Shown: positions 46,412 through 58,764, counted from the stretch's first letter. The stretch is 64,000 bases of DNA from Clostridia bacterium (GCA_017886545.1 JAGHJS010000046.1:22400-86399), one strand, 5' to 3'. Numbers and translations are program-made. Notes: a model not told the origin generated them from the sequence alone.

Positions 46412-47002
46412 TCAAATATAAAAGAAATCGTATAACTTATAAAATTTTTTTACACGGCGGACATACGCGGCAGTTTCCGCATACGGGATCTCCGTGCAAG
46501 CGCCGTCTGAGACCGTTCCTTCCGCCAGCCAGCGCCTTACCGTCCCTTCCCCGGCGTTATACGCCGCCAGGCACAAAGGCAGCGAAGGGAATTTCCCGGC
46601 AAGGTATGCCAGATACCATGCTCCCATGCGTATATTATCCGCAGGGTCGAAAAGGTCGGCGTCTTCCCCCATACAGTTCACGATGAACCGCGCCGTTGAA
46701 GGCATGATCTGCATCAGGCCGACCGCCCCCGCCGGGCTGACCGCAGACGCATCGAACGAACTCTCTGCCCGCATGACGGCATACAGCAGTTCGCTCTCCA
46801 AAGAAAATTCGTCCGCCGCGGACTCAACATAGTCCGCATATTTTTTCGGGATGCAGACCGTATACAGCAACACGAGCCCGACCGACACAACCGCAAAAAA
46901 CAGCAGCGCACCGACCAGCGCCGCACGTTTATGCGCCGCCTTCCGCCGCTTCACGGACTGCGGCCGCCGCTCGTTTTTTGAATGTCGCAAGGTCACTGTC
47001 AT
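46412..47002 (-). CDS. Lytic transglycosylase (SLT domain)
   Basis: AESSF, GAVGLMQIMP, AAYNAG and ET-YV motifs; N-terminal membrane helix. Confidence 0.92.
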   Translation of the reverse strand: MTVTLRHSKNERRPQSVKRRKAAHKRAALVGALLFFAVVSVGLVLLYTVCIPKKYADYVESAADEFSLESELLYAVMRAESSFDASAVSPAGAVGLMQIMPSTARFIVNCMGEDADLFDPADNIRMGAWYLAYLAGKFPSLPLCLAAYNAGEGTVRRWLAEGTVSDGACTEIPYAETAAYVRRVKKFYKLYDFFYI

Positions 47003-47525
47003 TATATAAAACAGTATGCCCGATTATCCTGTTTTTTTCATAATCAAACTGATTTTTTATTCTCGCAAGGGCGTCCTCGCGGCAAAGCCCGTTCCGCGTG
47101 AACAATGCCGCAATTCGATCTTCCAGCGGCCGAAGCACGACGATCACCCGATCGAACTGCCTTTCATAGCCGCCTTCAAACAGAAGCGGGACCTCGGCAA
47201 AGACCGCATCCCCTTCCGCAGAATCCATCGCTTCGCGGAGTTTTTTCATGATCGCGGGATGCGTAAGGGCATCGAGCACCGCAAGCCTGCTTTTGTCAGA
47301 AAACACCTCTTTCGCAAGCTCGGCGCGAACGATCTGCCCATCCCGCACACAGGACGGGAACTCCTTTTTTACGGCAAGGAGCACCGCGTCGTCGCGATAA
47401 ATATCCGCCGCGATCCCGTCCGCGGAAAAAACGGGGTATCCGAGTTCTTTCGCCACATCCAGCACTATCGATTTTCCGCTCCCGATCCCGCCGGTTATCG
47501 CAATATATTTTCTACTTTGCCTCAT
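46929..47525 (-). CDS. coaE: Dephospho-CoA kinase
   Basis: ITGGIGSGKS, L-HP and EVPLLFE motifs; polA-coaE-slt gene order. Confidence 0.93.
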   Translation of the reverse strand: MRQSRKYIAITGGIGSGKSIVLDVAKELGYPVFSADGIAADIYRDDAVLLAVKKEFPSCVRDGQIVRAELAKEVFSDKSRLAVLDALTHPAIMKKLREAMDSAEGDAVFAEVPLLFEGGYERQFDRVIVVLRPLEDRIAALFTRNGLCREDALARIKNQFDYEKNRIIGHTVLYNDSDLATFKKRAAAAVREAAEGGA

Positions 47526-50067
47526 ACCAGTTTTTGCCGAAATGCACGTCCGCCACCAACGGGACCCGCAGAGAAACGGCATTCTCCATTTCCTCTTTTA
47601 CGATGTCCTGCACGCGTTCCCGCTCATCCGCAAACGCGTCCAGCACCAATTCGTCGTGGACCTGCAAGATCAGTTTTGAACGCAGCCCTTCTTTGTTCAG
47701 CCGCTCGTACAAATTGATCATGGCGATTTTTATGATATCCGCACAGCTGCCCTGCAACGGCATATTCATGGCGGCCCGCTCCCCGAAGGAACGGATATTA
47801 AAATTGGAGGAGCGGATCTCGTTTATCACACGCTTGCGCCCGGACAGCGTACAGACATATCCGTGCTCGCGCGCAAAAGCGACGTTGGCGTCCATGTATT
47901 TTTTTACATCGGAATATCTTTCAAAATACCGATCGATATATTCGCCCGCCTGTTTCGTGGAAATATTCAGATTGGTCGCCAGCCCGAAATCGCTGATGCC
48001 GTAGATTATGCCGAAATTCACCGCTTTTGCCGCACGCCGCTGTTCGGCCGAGACCTCGGTAAGCGGAACGCCGAACACCTGAGAAGCCGTCAGGGCATGG
48101 ATATCCATTCCGCTTTTATAGGCATCGATCAGCTCTTTACAGCCGGAAAAATGTGCCAGCAGGCGCAGCTCGATCTGCGAATAATCTGCGTCGACCAGGA
48201 TACGGTCTTCGGCGCGCGCAACAAAAAGCTTCCGCAGCTCTCTTCCGTCCTCGTTGCGGATCGGAATGTTCTGCAAATTCGGATTGGAGCTGGAAAGCCG
48301 CCCCGTGGTGGTCTGGATCTGGTTATACCGCGTGTGTACGATACCGGTTGCAGGATCGATGTGCGGGCGAAACCCGTCGATATACGTAGAAAGCAATTTC
48401 TGATAGTGGCGGCAGCGAAGAACGTCGCGGACGATTTTGTACCTGTCTTTCAGTTTATCGAGCACTTCCACGCTTGTCGAATAACCGCGTTTGCTTTTTT
48501 TTGAAGAAGGAATCTTCAATTTTTCAAAGAGGATCTTCCCAAGCTGTGCCGGTGAATTTATATTGAATTCTTCCCCCGCCTGCGCATATATATCCGCCGT
48601 AGCCTTCGCGATCTCTGCCCGATACAACGCTTCAAAACGGGCGGACGCGGAAAAATCGACTTTGACGCCGCACACCTCCATGTCGTAGAGCACTTTTGTA
48701 AGCGGCAATTCGATATTACGGTAAAGAGACTGCATCTTCTCGTCTTCGAGTTTCTTTGAAAAAACGGAAAACAGCCTGAAAACTCCGTACGCGGGAGTCG
48801 ACACATCCAATCCGTACGATTGAAGCGTCAGGCTCAGATTATCGTCCTTCCCCGTATAATCCGTCAGATATTTCATGAGCGACACGTCTTCCGCATCGCA
48901 GAGCAGTTCGGCGCCGTATCCGTCAAGCACATGGCGGAAATCCTTTACGCCGTACAGAACAGTCTTGCCGCCCTTGCCGAAAATCGCTTTGAGCGAATCG
49001 CAAAGCTCGCCTTCCCGCACCCCTTCATCCAACAACGTACGCGCGATCCTGACTTCAAACTCGCAAGCCCCGTCACTGAAGTAAAAACTGTTTTCCGAAA
49101 AGACAGCCGAAAACATATCTGCCCTGCGGAGCGCCGCCTGCATGCTGTTCAGCCCGTCCTGCGAAACGACGGTCTCTTTTTTCGCACACCCCTCGCGCTT
49201 CAAAACGTCTGCTTCGCGTTCAAACAGCTCGGGTTTGATAAGCGAAGTGAATTCAAGCTGCACGAATTGCCTGTAAACCTCTTCGCTGAACGGGATGTGA
49301 ATGCCGCAATCTTCAGAAACGGCAAGCGGAACACTGCGGTCGATCGTTGCAAGGGTCCGGGAAAGACGAGCGGACTCCTCCCCTTCTTCCAGCTTTTTGG
49401 CAAGCGTACCCCCTAATTCGCCAAGGTGCGCATAGACGCCCTCCAGCGACTGATAACGGTCGATAAGCATGCGCGCCGTTTTTTCGCCGACGCCGGACAC
49501 CCCGGGAATGTTGTCCGAAGCATCGCCCATCAACGCTTTCATCTCGATGACCTGCTCCGGCTTGTAGCCTATCTCGCTTTCAAAATTTTCCGCCGTCAGG
49601 TGCAGAAGGTTGCTGACCCCTGTTTTGGTCAGGCACACATCCGTTACCTCGTCCACAAGCTGATAGGCGTCGCGGTCTCCCGTTACGATTATGCTTTTCG
49701 TTTCCGGAAACGCATGCGACAGCGTACCGATCAGATCGTCCGCCTCGTACCCCTCCTTTTCGCACATTGCAATGCGCATCGACGAAAGAAGCGATTTAAG
49801 CATTCCGACCTGAACAGCCAGATCGTCCGGCATCGGTTTGCGCGTCGCCTTATACCGGTCATACATTTTATGGCGAAACGTCGGCGCTTTCAGATCAAAC
49901 GTCACGATCAGCTTTTCGGGAGCGAACGTATCGATCAGTTTGAACAGAAGCTTGACAAACCCGAACACGGCATTGGTCGGCGTCCCGTCCTTAGTCGACA
50001 GATGCCCCGTCGCATAATAAGCTCGGTTGAGCAGGCTGTTACCGTCTATGAGCACAAGCGTTTGCAT
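47512..50067 (-). CDS. polA: DNA polymerase I
   Basis: LIDGNSL, YEADD, GDASDNIPGV, TGRLSS-PNLQNIP, ADYSQIELR, KAVNFGIIYG and QVHDE motifs. Confidence 0.97.
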   Translation of the reverse strand: MQTLVLIDGNSLLNRAYYATGHLSTKDGTPTNAVFGFVKLLFKLIDTFAPEKLIVTFDLKAPTFRHKMYDRYKATRKPMPDDLAVQVGMLKSLLSSMRIAMCEKEGYEADDLIGTLSHAFPETKSIIVTGDRDAYQLVDEVTDVCLTKTGVSNLLHLTAENFESEIGYKPEQVIEMKALMGDASDNIPGVSGVGEKTARMLIDRYQSLEGVYAHLGELGGTLAKKLEEGEESARLSRTLATIDRSVPLAVSEDCGIHIPFSEEVYRQFVQLEFTSLIKPELFEREADVLKREGCAKKETVVSQDGLNSMQAALRRADMFSAVFSENSFYFSDGACEFEVRIARTLLDEGVREGELCDSLKAIFGKGGKTVLYGVKDFRHVLDGYGAELLCDAEDVSLMKYLTDYTGKDDNLSLTLQSYGLDVSTPAYGVFRLFSVFSKKLEDEKMQSLYRNIELPLTKVLYDMEVCGVKVDFSASARFEALYRAEIAKATADIYAQAGEEFNINSPAQLGKILFEKLKIPSSKKSKRGYSTSVEVLDKLKDRYKIVRDVLRCRHYQKLLSTYIDGFRPHIDPATGIVHTRYNQIQTTTGRLSSSNPNLQNIPIRNEDGRELRKLFVARAEDRILVDADYSQIELRLLAHFSGCKELIDAYKSGMDIHALTASQVFGVPLTEVSAEQRRAAKAVNFGIIYGISDFGLATNLNISTKQAGEYIDRYFERYSDVKKYMDANVAFAREHGYVCTLSGRKRVINEIRSSNFNIRSFGERAAMNMPLQGSCADIIKIAMINLYERLNKEGLRSKLILQVHDELVLDAFADERERVQDIVKEEMENAVSLRVPLVADVHFGKNWYEAK

Positions 50068-50208
50068 GTCTGGATCCCCTTTGGCGCAACACTGAACGTA
50101 CGCTTTTTTATTATAGCAGATTGCCGCGCACATTGCAACAGGCACCGCGTCTCAAAAACGAAAAAAGAGCCGCGCCTTTTATGCGCAAAGCTCTTTTTCC
50201 GACTTCGC

Positions 50209-50676
50209 TTACTTGATGAGCCTTATCCTGCCGATGACGGGCAGTTCGCCTTTGTCTCCGCGGCAAATGCATACGATCGCATAAATGCAGCAAGCCAGTA
50301 TCAACAAGCCGAAGACACCGCAAAGGATGCTGAAAACGATCCCGACGGCAGGAATAAGAGTCAGAATGCCGACAACGACCTCTCCGACGACCGCAACGAG
50401 CAACAGCAGCAGCGATTGATTCGCATGGAAACGCGCTTCCGCATCATCCGGATAAACGATCAACGGCAAAAAGAATAAAATACCGAACACATACGCCAAC
50501 GAAAGCAGCAGTTTTTTCTGTACTTCGGCATCGCGGTCTGTTCCGCTTTCTTTCCCCGCCGCGCTCTGCTCCGTATCCTCCCGCTCTTTCTGCGGCTGTT
50601 CCGAGCCCGGCTCACGTTTTTCCGACGCCGGCTGCCCGTCTTCCACAGGCTCTTCTTTTTTTTCGTCTTCCTTCAT
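50209..50676 (-). CDS. Membrane protein, DUF4870-like
   Basis: LAY-ILFFLPL, RFHANQ and LPVIG motifs; three hydrophobic helices. Confidence 0.7.
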   Translation of the reverse strand: MKEDEKKEEPVEDGQPASEKREPGSEQPQKEREDTEQSAAGKESGTDRDAEVQKKLLLSLAYVFGILFFLPLIVYPDDAEARFHANQSLLLLLVAVVGEVVVGILTLIPAVGIVFSILCGVFGLLILACCIYAIVCICRGDKGELPVIGRIRLIK

Positions 50677-50708
50677 GATCTGACACCTCTCTGAAAAGTC
50701 AATTTCGA

Positions 50709-52313
<1,605 letters not shown>

Positions 52314-52431
52314 TTATACCATATTGATACGCAAAGCACAAACAAAAACAGCTCCGAATGCGCGTTTTCAAAAAATGTAAGGCGCTTGACGGAAAAAGAG
52401 GGGGCATTTGCCCCCTCTCACGTAGAACGGA

Positions 52432-52860
52432 TCATTCGATTTCGATCTTATCCGATACAGGTTCCTTCGGCTGCTCCTTCGGAATGCTGACCCGCAGGAT
52501 GCCGTTGTCATACTTTGCCTTGATGTCTTCCTTGTTGATGTCGCCCACATAATAGCTGCGGCTGCAGGAAAAGCTCCGTTCGCGGCGAAGATATTTTTCC
52601 TTTTCATCCTGCTCTTTTTCGGACTTTTGCACGGAAATGTTCAGGTAGCCGTCTTTGACGCTCAGCCCGATGTCCTTTTTGTCGAGCCCCGGCAATTCGA
52701 CCTCCATCACATACTCCTTGTCATTCTCTTTGACGTCGGTCCGCATATAATTCTGCGGTCTCTGCCTCCTGTACCCGAAGAACGGGAACAGTTCGTTCAT
52801 CGCTTCTTCAAAGAAGTCATAATCGTTACGGGAATTCCTTTCAGTAAGTTCATGTTTCAT
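52432..52860 (-). CDS. Small heat-shock protein (Hsp20/alpha-crystallin)
   Basis: MRTDVKE, ELPG-K-DI, YLRRER and AKYDNGIL-IPK motifs; C-terminal IEIE. Confidence 0.95.
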   Translation of the reverse strand: MKHELTERNSRNDYDFFEEAMNELFPFFGYRRQRPQNYMRTDVKENDKEYVMEVELPGLDKKDIGLSVKDGYLNISVQKSEKEQDEKEKYLRRERSFSCSRSYYVGDINKEDIKAKYDNGILRVSIPKEQPKEPVSDKIEIE

Positions 52861-52881
52861 AATTATCATCTCCTTTCTGTG

Positions 52882-52931
52882 TTAGCACTTTAAATATATG
52901 AGTGTTAGCACTCTTTTTTTGATTCTGCTAA
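52882..52931. promoter_or_regulatory. Two overlapping CIRCE (HrcA) elements
   Basis: TTAGCACTT-N9-GAGTGTTAG (52882-52908) and TTAGCACTC-N9-TTCTGCTAA (52905-52931), versus consensus TTAGCACTC-N9-GAGTGCTAA. Confidence 0.85.
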
Positions 52932-52932
52932 T

Positions 52933-52960
52933 ATTATAGCACATTCTTCAGATTTGTCAA
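52933..52960 (-). promoter_or_regulatory. Sigma-A promoter of hsp20
   Basis: TTGACA-16 nt-TATAAT with TGn extension. Confidence 0.8.
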
Positions 52961-53055
52961 CAATTTTATATAAATTTCTTAAAAAATTTTTTGAAATTTT
53001 TTGAAAACTATAATAAAAAAGAGCCGATCGCTTTCGGCTCTTTTTATTGTCTTTT

Positions 53056-54243
53056 TCAGGGATCCTCCTCCCGATCGTTTTCGCTTTTGGGCGGAGATGC
53101 GGCATCGCCTTGCGCCGCGTCGGAGCCGCACCTTTTTTCGGGAGGGTCCCGCCCCACAGCATTGTTTTCCGCCTCACCGCCCGGCGAATCAGGCTGATCG
53201 GCTGCAGGCGCGTTTCCCTTTTCCTTTCCGTTCTTGTCCGCCGTTTCCGCCGCGTCAACACTTGCGGAAAGGGAAAGCCCCTTCCCCTTTTTGGAACGGA
53301 ACAGCGAAAAGAACCACTTTTCAAACTGTTCGCCCTTCTTCCAGATAAGGATAAACAGGGCTATGATCGCGATGCCGATACAGATCCAGACGATGATCCC
53401 CCATAAAGTGTCGTACGGAATAATATCGCCATTGAGCGAAAACGCCGTAGTAACGACCGAGACCGCCCGCGTAATGAGCTGCATGACAATGAAATACAGC
53501 CAGCTCATCGTCGTGAGGCCTGAAACGATACAAAGCACATCATCGGGGAAAAGCGGCAGCAGAAACATTGCCGTCAGGAGCATACGGTCACGCCCTTTGA
53601 TTTTTTGCAGCCACTTGTCGAGTGTTTCTTTCCCCGCGATCCAAGCAGCGACGCGGTACCCGAGCACCCTTCCGATCCAAAACGAGATGAGCGATCCTAT
53701 TATGATACCGACGTAACTGTACACGCATGCCAGTTCGGGACCGAACGCAAGGACACCCGCCCCGACAGTCAGCACTCCGGGGATCGGCAGCAGGCAAACC
53801 TGCAGGATCTGCAACACAATAAACAGTACAGGCGCCCACCAGCTTCCGACCGATTCAATAATATCACGCAGCTCATCAACGGTATCAACGTATTCCAATA
53901 CGCCCGTGACCTGCACGATATAAAGCGCCAATACGATGACCGCCGCGATCACGATGCCCGTCATCAGCAGCTTATAGACCGCCTGAAATTTACGGGCAAA
54001 GCAAATCGACATCGCAATGATATAGATCACTTCCAGTCCAAGCAACAGCGACGTGATCACCGTCGCATGCTTCGCCAAAAAACCGTCTTTGAAATTCGCC
54101 ATGCACAGCACGGAAAAGATGACCGTGACGATCGACGAGATCCCCATGACAAGAAGAGGCACTATAAACGTTTTTACGGTCTGCTTATTGAAGAGTGCGC
54201 CGATTTTTTTACGGAACGCCCCCTTCTTTTCTTTCCCTGCCAT
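53056..54243 (-). CDS. TVP38/TMEM64 (DedA/VTT) family membrane protein
   Basis: LQV-LLPIPG, GSLISFWIGR and FLLPLFPDD motifs. Confidence 0.85.
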   Translation of the reverse strand: MAGKEKKGAFRKKIGALFNKQTVKTFIVPLLVMGISSIVTVIFSVLCMANFKDGFLAKHATVITSLLLGLEVIYIIAMSICFARKFQAVYKLLMTGIVIAAVIVLALYIVQVTGVLEYVDTVDELRDIIESVGSWWAPVLFIVLQILQVCLLPIPGVLTVGAGVLAFGPELACVYSYVGIIIGSLISFWIGRVLGYRVAAWIAGKETLDKWLQKIKGRDRMLLTAMFLLPLFPDDVLCIVSGLTTMSWLYFIVMQLITRAVSVVTTAFSLNGDIIPYDTLWGIIVWICIGIAIIALFILIWKKGEQFEKWFFSLFRSKKGKGLSLSASVDAAETADKNGKEKGNAPAADQPDSPGGEAENNAVGRDPPEKRCGSDAAQGDAASPPKSENDREEDP

Positions 54244-54313
54244 GATCTGCTCCGGAAGTCATCGCTGTCGGCTTATTTATCCTATTATATCCGCATCACT
54301 GCCGCCGCATTCG

Positions 54314-54751
54314 TTATTTCAACATTTTGATCGCGGCACGCGCCAAAGCATCGCAGCGATTGTTATAGACGTTATCGGCATGCCCCTTAACTTTGATAAA
54401 TGTCAGCTTATGGCGGCATGATAGCGCATACAGCTCCTGCCACAAATCGACATTAAGCACCGGCTTGCCGTCCGCTTTTTTCCAGCCGTTCTTCATCCAC
54501 CCGTCCAGCCAACCGGCATTGATCGCATTGACGGTATAAGCCGAATCGCTGTACACGTTCACTTCGCAATCCGTTTTCAGGCACTTCAAACCGGCGATCA
54601 CCGCATAGATCTCCATCCGATTATTCGTCGTATCGGGGAAGCCGCCGCTGATCTCCTTTTCGATACCGTTGTAAATCAGAACAGCGCCCCATCCGCCGGC
54701 TCCGGGGTTGCCCGAACATGCGCCGTCTGTATACAGATCTACTTTTTTCAT
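54314..54751 (-). CDS. rnhA: Ribonuclease HI
   Basis: YTDGACSGNPG-GG, TTNNRME, SDSAY and VKGHA-N-RCD motifs. Confidence 0.96.
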   Translation of the reverse strand: MKKVDLYTDGACSGNPGAGGWGAVLIYNGIEKEISGGFPDTTNNRMEIYAVIAGLKCLKTDCEVNVYSDSAYTVNAINAGWLDGWMKNGWKKADGKPVLNVDLWQELYALSCRHKLTFIKVKGHADNVYNNRCDALARAAIKMLK

Positions 54752-54757
54752 GCAGAA

Positions 54758-55570
54758 TTACTTTGAAAGTTCCTCCGCTCGTTTGACGCAAGCGTCCACC
54801 GCCCTGGCGATCGTTCCCTCCAGATCGTCGCGGCGGAAAGAGTCAACGGCCTGAATGGTCGTCCCCCCTTTGCTGCAGACAGCGGAAACAAGCTCGTCGA
54901 TGCTCTTTTCTTCTTCATGGGCGACCATCTCCGCCCCGCCGTAAACAGTCGTAACGGCAAGCGTTTTCGCCTCGTCTTCCGTCAGCCCGTGCGCCATGCC
55001 CGCCTTGATCAGACCGTCGATAAAGAGATAGACATAGGCGGGGCCGCTTCCGCTGATGCCCGTAACGGCGTTCAGCTTTTCCTCCGGCAGATTCAGCACC
55101 GTCCCGCAGTTGCTGAAAAGCGAATCGATAAAAGCACAGTCGTCGATATTTTCGGAAAAATCGGAGGCATCCAATGCAATCATGCCGGACCCGACCGAAC
55201 AAGGCAGATTCGGCATTGCGCGCGCTACTTTTACATCGACCCCGAGCAGAGTATCTTTGATCGTCTTTTTTGTGACCCCCGCCATGATCGTGATGACCTT
55301 TTCTACGGGGATACCGCGGATACTTTCGGCAACCGCTGCAAAATTCTGCGGCTTTACGGCAAGCAAAAGATATTCGCAGCTGTCCGCAACGTCGGCATTG
55401 CTGCGGGTACGCTGCACGCCGAGGTATTCCACTTTTTCGAGCGCCTGCTCAGATGCGTCCGACACAATGATCTTCTTGGGTTTGAGTGAATCGGAATAGA
55501 TGACGCCTTTTAAAATTGCCTGCGCCATAAAGCCTGTTCCGATCACACCGAGTTTGTATTGCTTTTTCAT
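54758..55570 (-). CDS. proC: Pyrroline-5-carboxylate reductase
   Basis: IGTGFMA, LAVKPQ, RAMPN, SGSGPAY and VCSKGGTT motifs. Confidence 0.95.
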   Translation of the reverse strand: MKKQYKLGVIGTGFMAQAILKGVIYSDSLKPKKIIVSDASEQALEKVEYLGVQRTRSNADVADSCEYLLLAVKPQNFAAVAESIRGIPVEKVITIMAGVTKKTIKDTLLGVDVKVARAMPNLPCSVGSGMIALDASDFSENIDDCAFIDSLFSNCGTVLNLPEEKLNAVTGISGSGPAYVYLFIDGLIKAGMAHGLTEDEAKTLAVTTVYGGAEMVAHEEEKSIDELVSAVCSKGGTTIQAVDSFRRDDLEGTIARAVDACVKRAEELSK

Positions 55571-55651
55571 TTTTTCTCCTTTTTTTGCGATAAATCTGCC
55601 GCAATTGTCTTGACGAAACCGTATTTATCTTGTATAATAATTATCGCTCTT

Positions 55652-55726
55652 AGGGGAGTGGCTCAACGGTAGAGTAGCGGTCTCCAAAACCGTAGGTTGC
55701 GTGTTCGAATCGCGTCTCCCCTGCCA
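55652..55726 (+). tRNA. tRNA-Trp (CCA)
   Basis: AGGGGAG...CTCCCCT-GCCA; anticodon arm GCGGT-CT CCA AA-ACCGT; upstream TTGACG-17-TATAAT; downstream terminator CTCTCGG...CCGAGAG plus T-tract. Confidence 0.96.
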
Positions 55727-55987
55727 ATTCTCTCGGTTACAGATCCTGTTACCGAGAGTTTTTTTAACTCATTTCCGCCAAACGTTTCTCCGCTTTTGCA
55801 AATCTCTTTTTTTATTTTATATCAAACAAGAAGAAAAGTCAATCGTTCACCGTTGTGCACCGTAAACAGAAAAAAGGGCTGGCAAATCACTGCCTGCCCT
55901 TTTTTATATCCGTATAATACAACAGCTTGTTCAGCGCTCCGACTGATCCAATATTTAACTGTTGCGCTTCTCCGATATTTTATTCTC

Positions 55988-57154
55988 TTACAAACTCTCT
56001 TTAAAGATCTCTCTTGCTTCTGCGGGAGTGAGGACCTTGTAGCCGCCCTGCATGTACAGCGTGCTCTTCACAAGGTCATCCAGCATATCTTCGGTGACGC
56101 CCAGCGACGTAAGATCCATAACGAGCCCGAGTTTCCGCATCCACGCCTCCATCGCGGCAAGCCCTTCGCGGGCGACCTGCTCGTCCGTCTTTCCCGCAGC
56201 CGAAACGCCCCACACATTGACTGCGTACCGCTTGAATTTCGCAAGCCCGTACGGCAGAATATGTTTATAATACGGCATCGAAACGGCGGCAAGCGTCATG
56301 CCGTGCGTTGCATTCGTGAGCGCGCCGACCGCCTGCCCGAGCATATGCACTTCCCAATCTGTATCCTTCCCTTTGGCGACAAAGGTGTTCAGTGCCCAGG
56401 TAGCCGTCCACATGATATTGCTGCGCGCCTCGTAGTTGGTCGGGTCGTCCACCGCGATCAGCGCGCTGTGGATGAGCGAACGGAGCAGCCCCTCCATGAC
56501 GTAATCGGAAGTATTGTCGTCCGTGCCCGAAAAGTACTGTTCCAGAATATGCGACATGATGTCATAGAACCCTGCGACCATCTGGTATTTCGGAAGCGTG
56601 AACGTAAATTCCGGATCCAGGACAGAAAATTTCGGAAACACCTCTTCGCCGAACACATGCCCGATCTTCAGTTTCTGTTCGTGGTTCGTGATCACGGAGC
56701 CGCCGTTCATTTCGCTGCCCGTGCCCACCATCGTCAGCACGCAGCCGACGGGAACGAGCTCGCAGCTCGGCTCTTCAAAACGGGTAAAATATTTATCCCA
56801 CGGATCTTCTTCGCAGTTGACCGAAACGGACAGCGCTTTCGCATAATCGCAGACCGAACCGCCGCCGACTGCCAGAATAAAGTCAGCCTTCGCCGCTTTC
56901 GCCCGTTCGATCCCTTCGTGCAGTTTATCTACGGTCGGGTTCGGCATCACGCCCGCATCTTCCGCAACAGTTTTTCCGCACTCGCGCAAGATAGCGGTAA
57001 CTTTTTCATAGACGCCGTTCTTTTTGATCGAACCGCCGCCGTAGACGAGCAGCACGTTCTTCCCGTATTTCGGAAGTTCCGCTTTCAAACCATCCAAAGC
57101 GCCCTTCCCGAAGTAAATTTTTGTGGGGTTGCAATAAGTAAAATTGCCGAGCAT
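55988..57154 (-). CDS. Iron-containing alcohol dehydrogenase (BdhA/YqhD-like)
   Basis: NPTKIYFG, YGGGS, AVGGGS-D, TGSEMN and H-LG...HG motifs. Confidence 0.92.
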   Translation of the reverse strand: MLGNFTYCNPTKIYFGKGALDGLKAELPKYGKNVLLVYGGGSIKKNGVYEKVTAILRECGKTVAEDAGVMPNPTVDKLHEGIERAKAAKADFILAVGGGSVCDYAKALSVSVNCEEDPWDKYFTRFEEPSCELVPVGCVLTMVGTGSEMNGGSVITNHEQKLKIGHVFGEEVFPKFSVLDPEFTFTLPKYQMVAGFYDIMSHILEQYFSGTDDNTSDYVMEGLLRSLIHSALIAVDDPTNYEARSNIMWTATWALNTFVAKGKDTDWEVHMLGQAVGALTNATHGMTLAAVSMPYYKHILPYGLAKFKRYAVNVWGVSAAGKTDEQVAREGLAAMEAWMRKLGLVMDLTSLGVTEDMLDDLVKSTLYMQGGYKVLTPAEAREIFKESL

Positions 57155-57171
57155 ATAAATTCCTCCTGATT

Positions 57172-57741
57172 TTATTCTCTGATTTCCTTGATGATCTTTG
57201 CCGGTACGCCGCCGACGACCGTATTCGCTGGGACATCTTTTGCAACGACCGCGCCCGCGGCAATGACCGCGTTATCGCCGACCGTGACCCCCGCGAGGAT
57301 CGTCGCATGCGAGCCGACCCACACGTTACGCCCCAAGCGAATGGGGGCGGGAAACATATTTGCGCGTTTTGTCGGCGACAGATCGTGGTTCAGCGTGGCA
57401 AAGACGACCTGGTGCCCGATCAGGCAATCGTCTCCGATCTCGATCCCTCCCTGATCCTGAAAGCAGCAGCCCGAGTTGATGAACACGCTCTTCCCGACGC
57501 GGATATTCTTCCCGAAGTCGGTATAAACGGGCGGAAAAAGCGCAAAAGTTTCATCCACACGCTGCCCCGTCAGTTCCGAAAACAGGGCGCGCAGTTCTTC
57601 AGGCGTATGAAATGCGCCGTTGATCGCCGCCGTAATACGCTGCGCCTCGACTGCGGCGGGGCGCATCATTTTTGCCGCCTCCGTTCCCGCCTCCAGATAG
57701 CCGCCCTTTGCGGTGTATGCCTTGTATTCCTCAATATCCAT
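57172..57741 (-). CDS. Sugar O-acetyltransferase (Maa/LacA hexapeptide-repeat family)
   Basis: DFGKNI, FQDQGGI, hexapeptide repeats and VGGVPAK. Confidence 0.88.
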   Translation of the reverse strand: MDIEEYKAYTAKGGYLEAGTEAAKMMRPAAVEAQRITAAINGAFHTPEELRALFSELTGQRVDETFALFPPVYTDFGKNIRVGKSVFINSGCCFQDQGGIEIGDDCLIGHQVVFATLNHDLSPTKRANMFPAPIRLGRNVWVGSHATILAGVTVGDNAVIAAGAVVAKDVPANTVVGGVPAKIIKEIRE

Positions 57742-57753
57742 AGCCCGCTCCCG

Positions 57754-58716
57754 TTACAGCGCGCCGACGATCTTATGCGGCTGATACGGCTCGTCAATGT
57801 AGGCGACGTCCTCTTCCGTCAGCGCAACGTCGAACGCCCCCGCCGCGTCGTCAAGATACTTTGCCTTGGTCGCGCCGATAATGGGCGCGGCAACGCCCTT
57901 GGCAAAATGCCAGGCCAGGCTGACCTGCGTCATCGTCGCGCCGTATTTTTGCGCCAGCACATGGACACGTTCCGCGATCGCCTTATCCGCCTCTTCCGTG
58001 GAATCGTATTTTCCCTGCGCGACCGTATCCGTTTTGCTGCGCATCGTGTCCGCCGTCCATGCGGGACGCGCCACCCTGCCCGCTGCGAGCGGGCTGTACG
58101 GGGTGAGTGCGACGTTCATCTGCTTGCAGACGGGGATCAGTTCGCGCTCATCCTCACGGTACAGCGGGTTGTAGTGATTCTGCATGGAGACAAAGGGCGT
58201 CCAGCCGTTATCCCGCGCGGCGAGCTGCATATTATAAAATTGATACCCGTACATAGCGGACGCACCGAGCGCACGCACTTTCCCCTCTTTTACAAGGGAG
58301 TGCAGCGCCTCCATGGTCTCTTCGATCGGCGTACCATAGTCAAACCGATGGATGATATAGAGGTCAAGATAGTCCGTTCCCAACCGTTGCAGCGTGCCGT
58401 CGATCTCGCGGCTGATCGCCTTTTTTGAAAGGTTCCCTTCGTTGAAGTAAACTTTGGAAGCGAGTACGACTTTATCGCGCGCTATGTTTTTGCGGATCGC
58501 CCTGCCGAGATATTCCTCGCTCGTGCCGCCCGAATAGCAGTTCGCCGTATCGAAAAAGTTGATCCCCAACCCGAGCGCGTGCCGGATGATCGCCTCGCTC
58601 TCCTCAGGATCCAGCGTCCATGCGTGCATCTTGCTCGCAGGGTCGCCGAAACTCATACAGCCGAGACACAGGCGCGAAACTTTTATACCGCTCTTCCCTA
58701 ATTCCGTATATTCCAT
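57754..58716 (-). CDS. Aldo/keto reductase
   Basis: LCLGCM, FDTAN-Y, DLYIIHR, GKVR-G-S and PYSPLA-G motifs. Confidence 0.93.
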   Translation of the reverse strand: MEYTELGKSGIKVSRLCLGCMSFGDPASKMHAWTLDPEESEAIIRHALGLGINFFDTANCYSGGTSEEYLGRAIRKNIARDKVVLASKVYFNEGNLSKKAISREIDGTLQRLGTDYLDLYIIHRFDYGTPIEETMEALHSLVKEGKVRALGASAMYGYQFYNMQLAARDNGWTPFVSMQNHYNPLYREDERELIPVCKQMNVALTPYSPLAAGRVARPAWTADTMRSKTDTVAQGKYDSTEEADKAIAERVHVLAQKYGATMTQVSLAWHFAKGVAAPIIGATKAKYLDDAAGAFDVALTEEDVAYIDEPYQPHKIVGAL

Positions 58717-58764
58717 TTTTAACCTCCTCTGCCCGCCGTACCGCACTTTTTCGTGGCGATCTTT

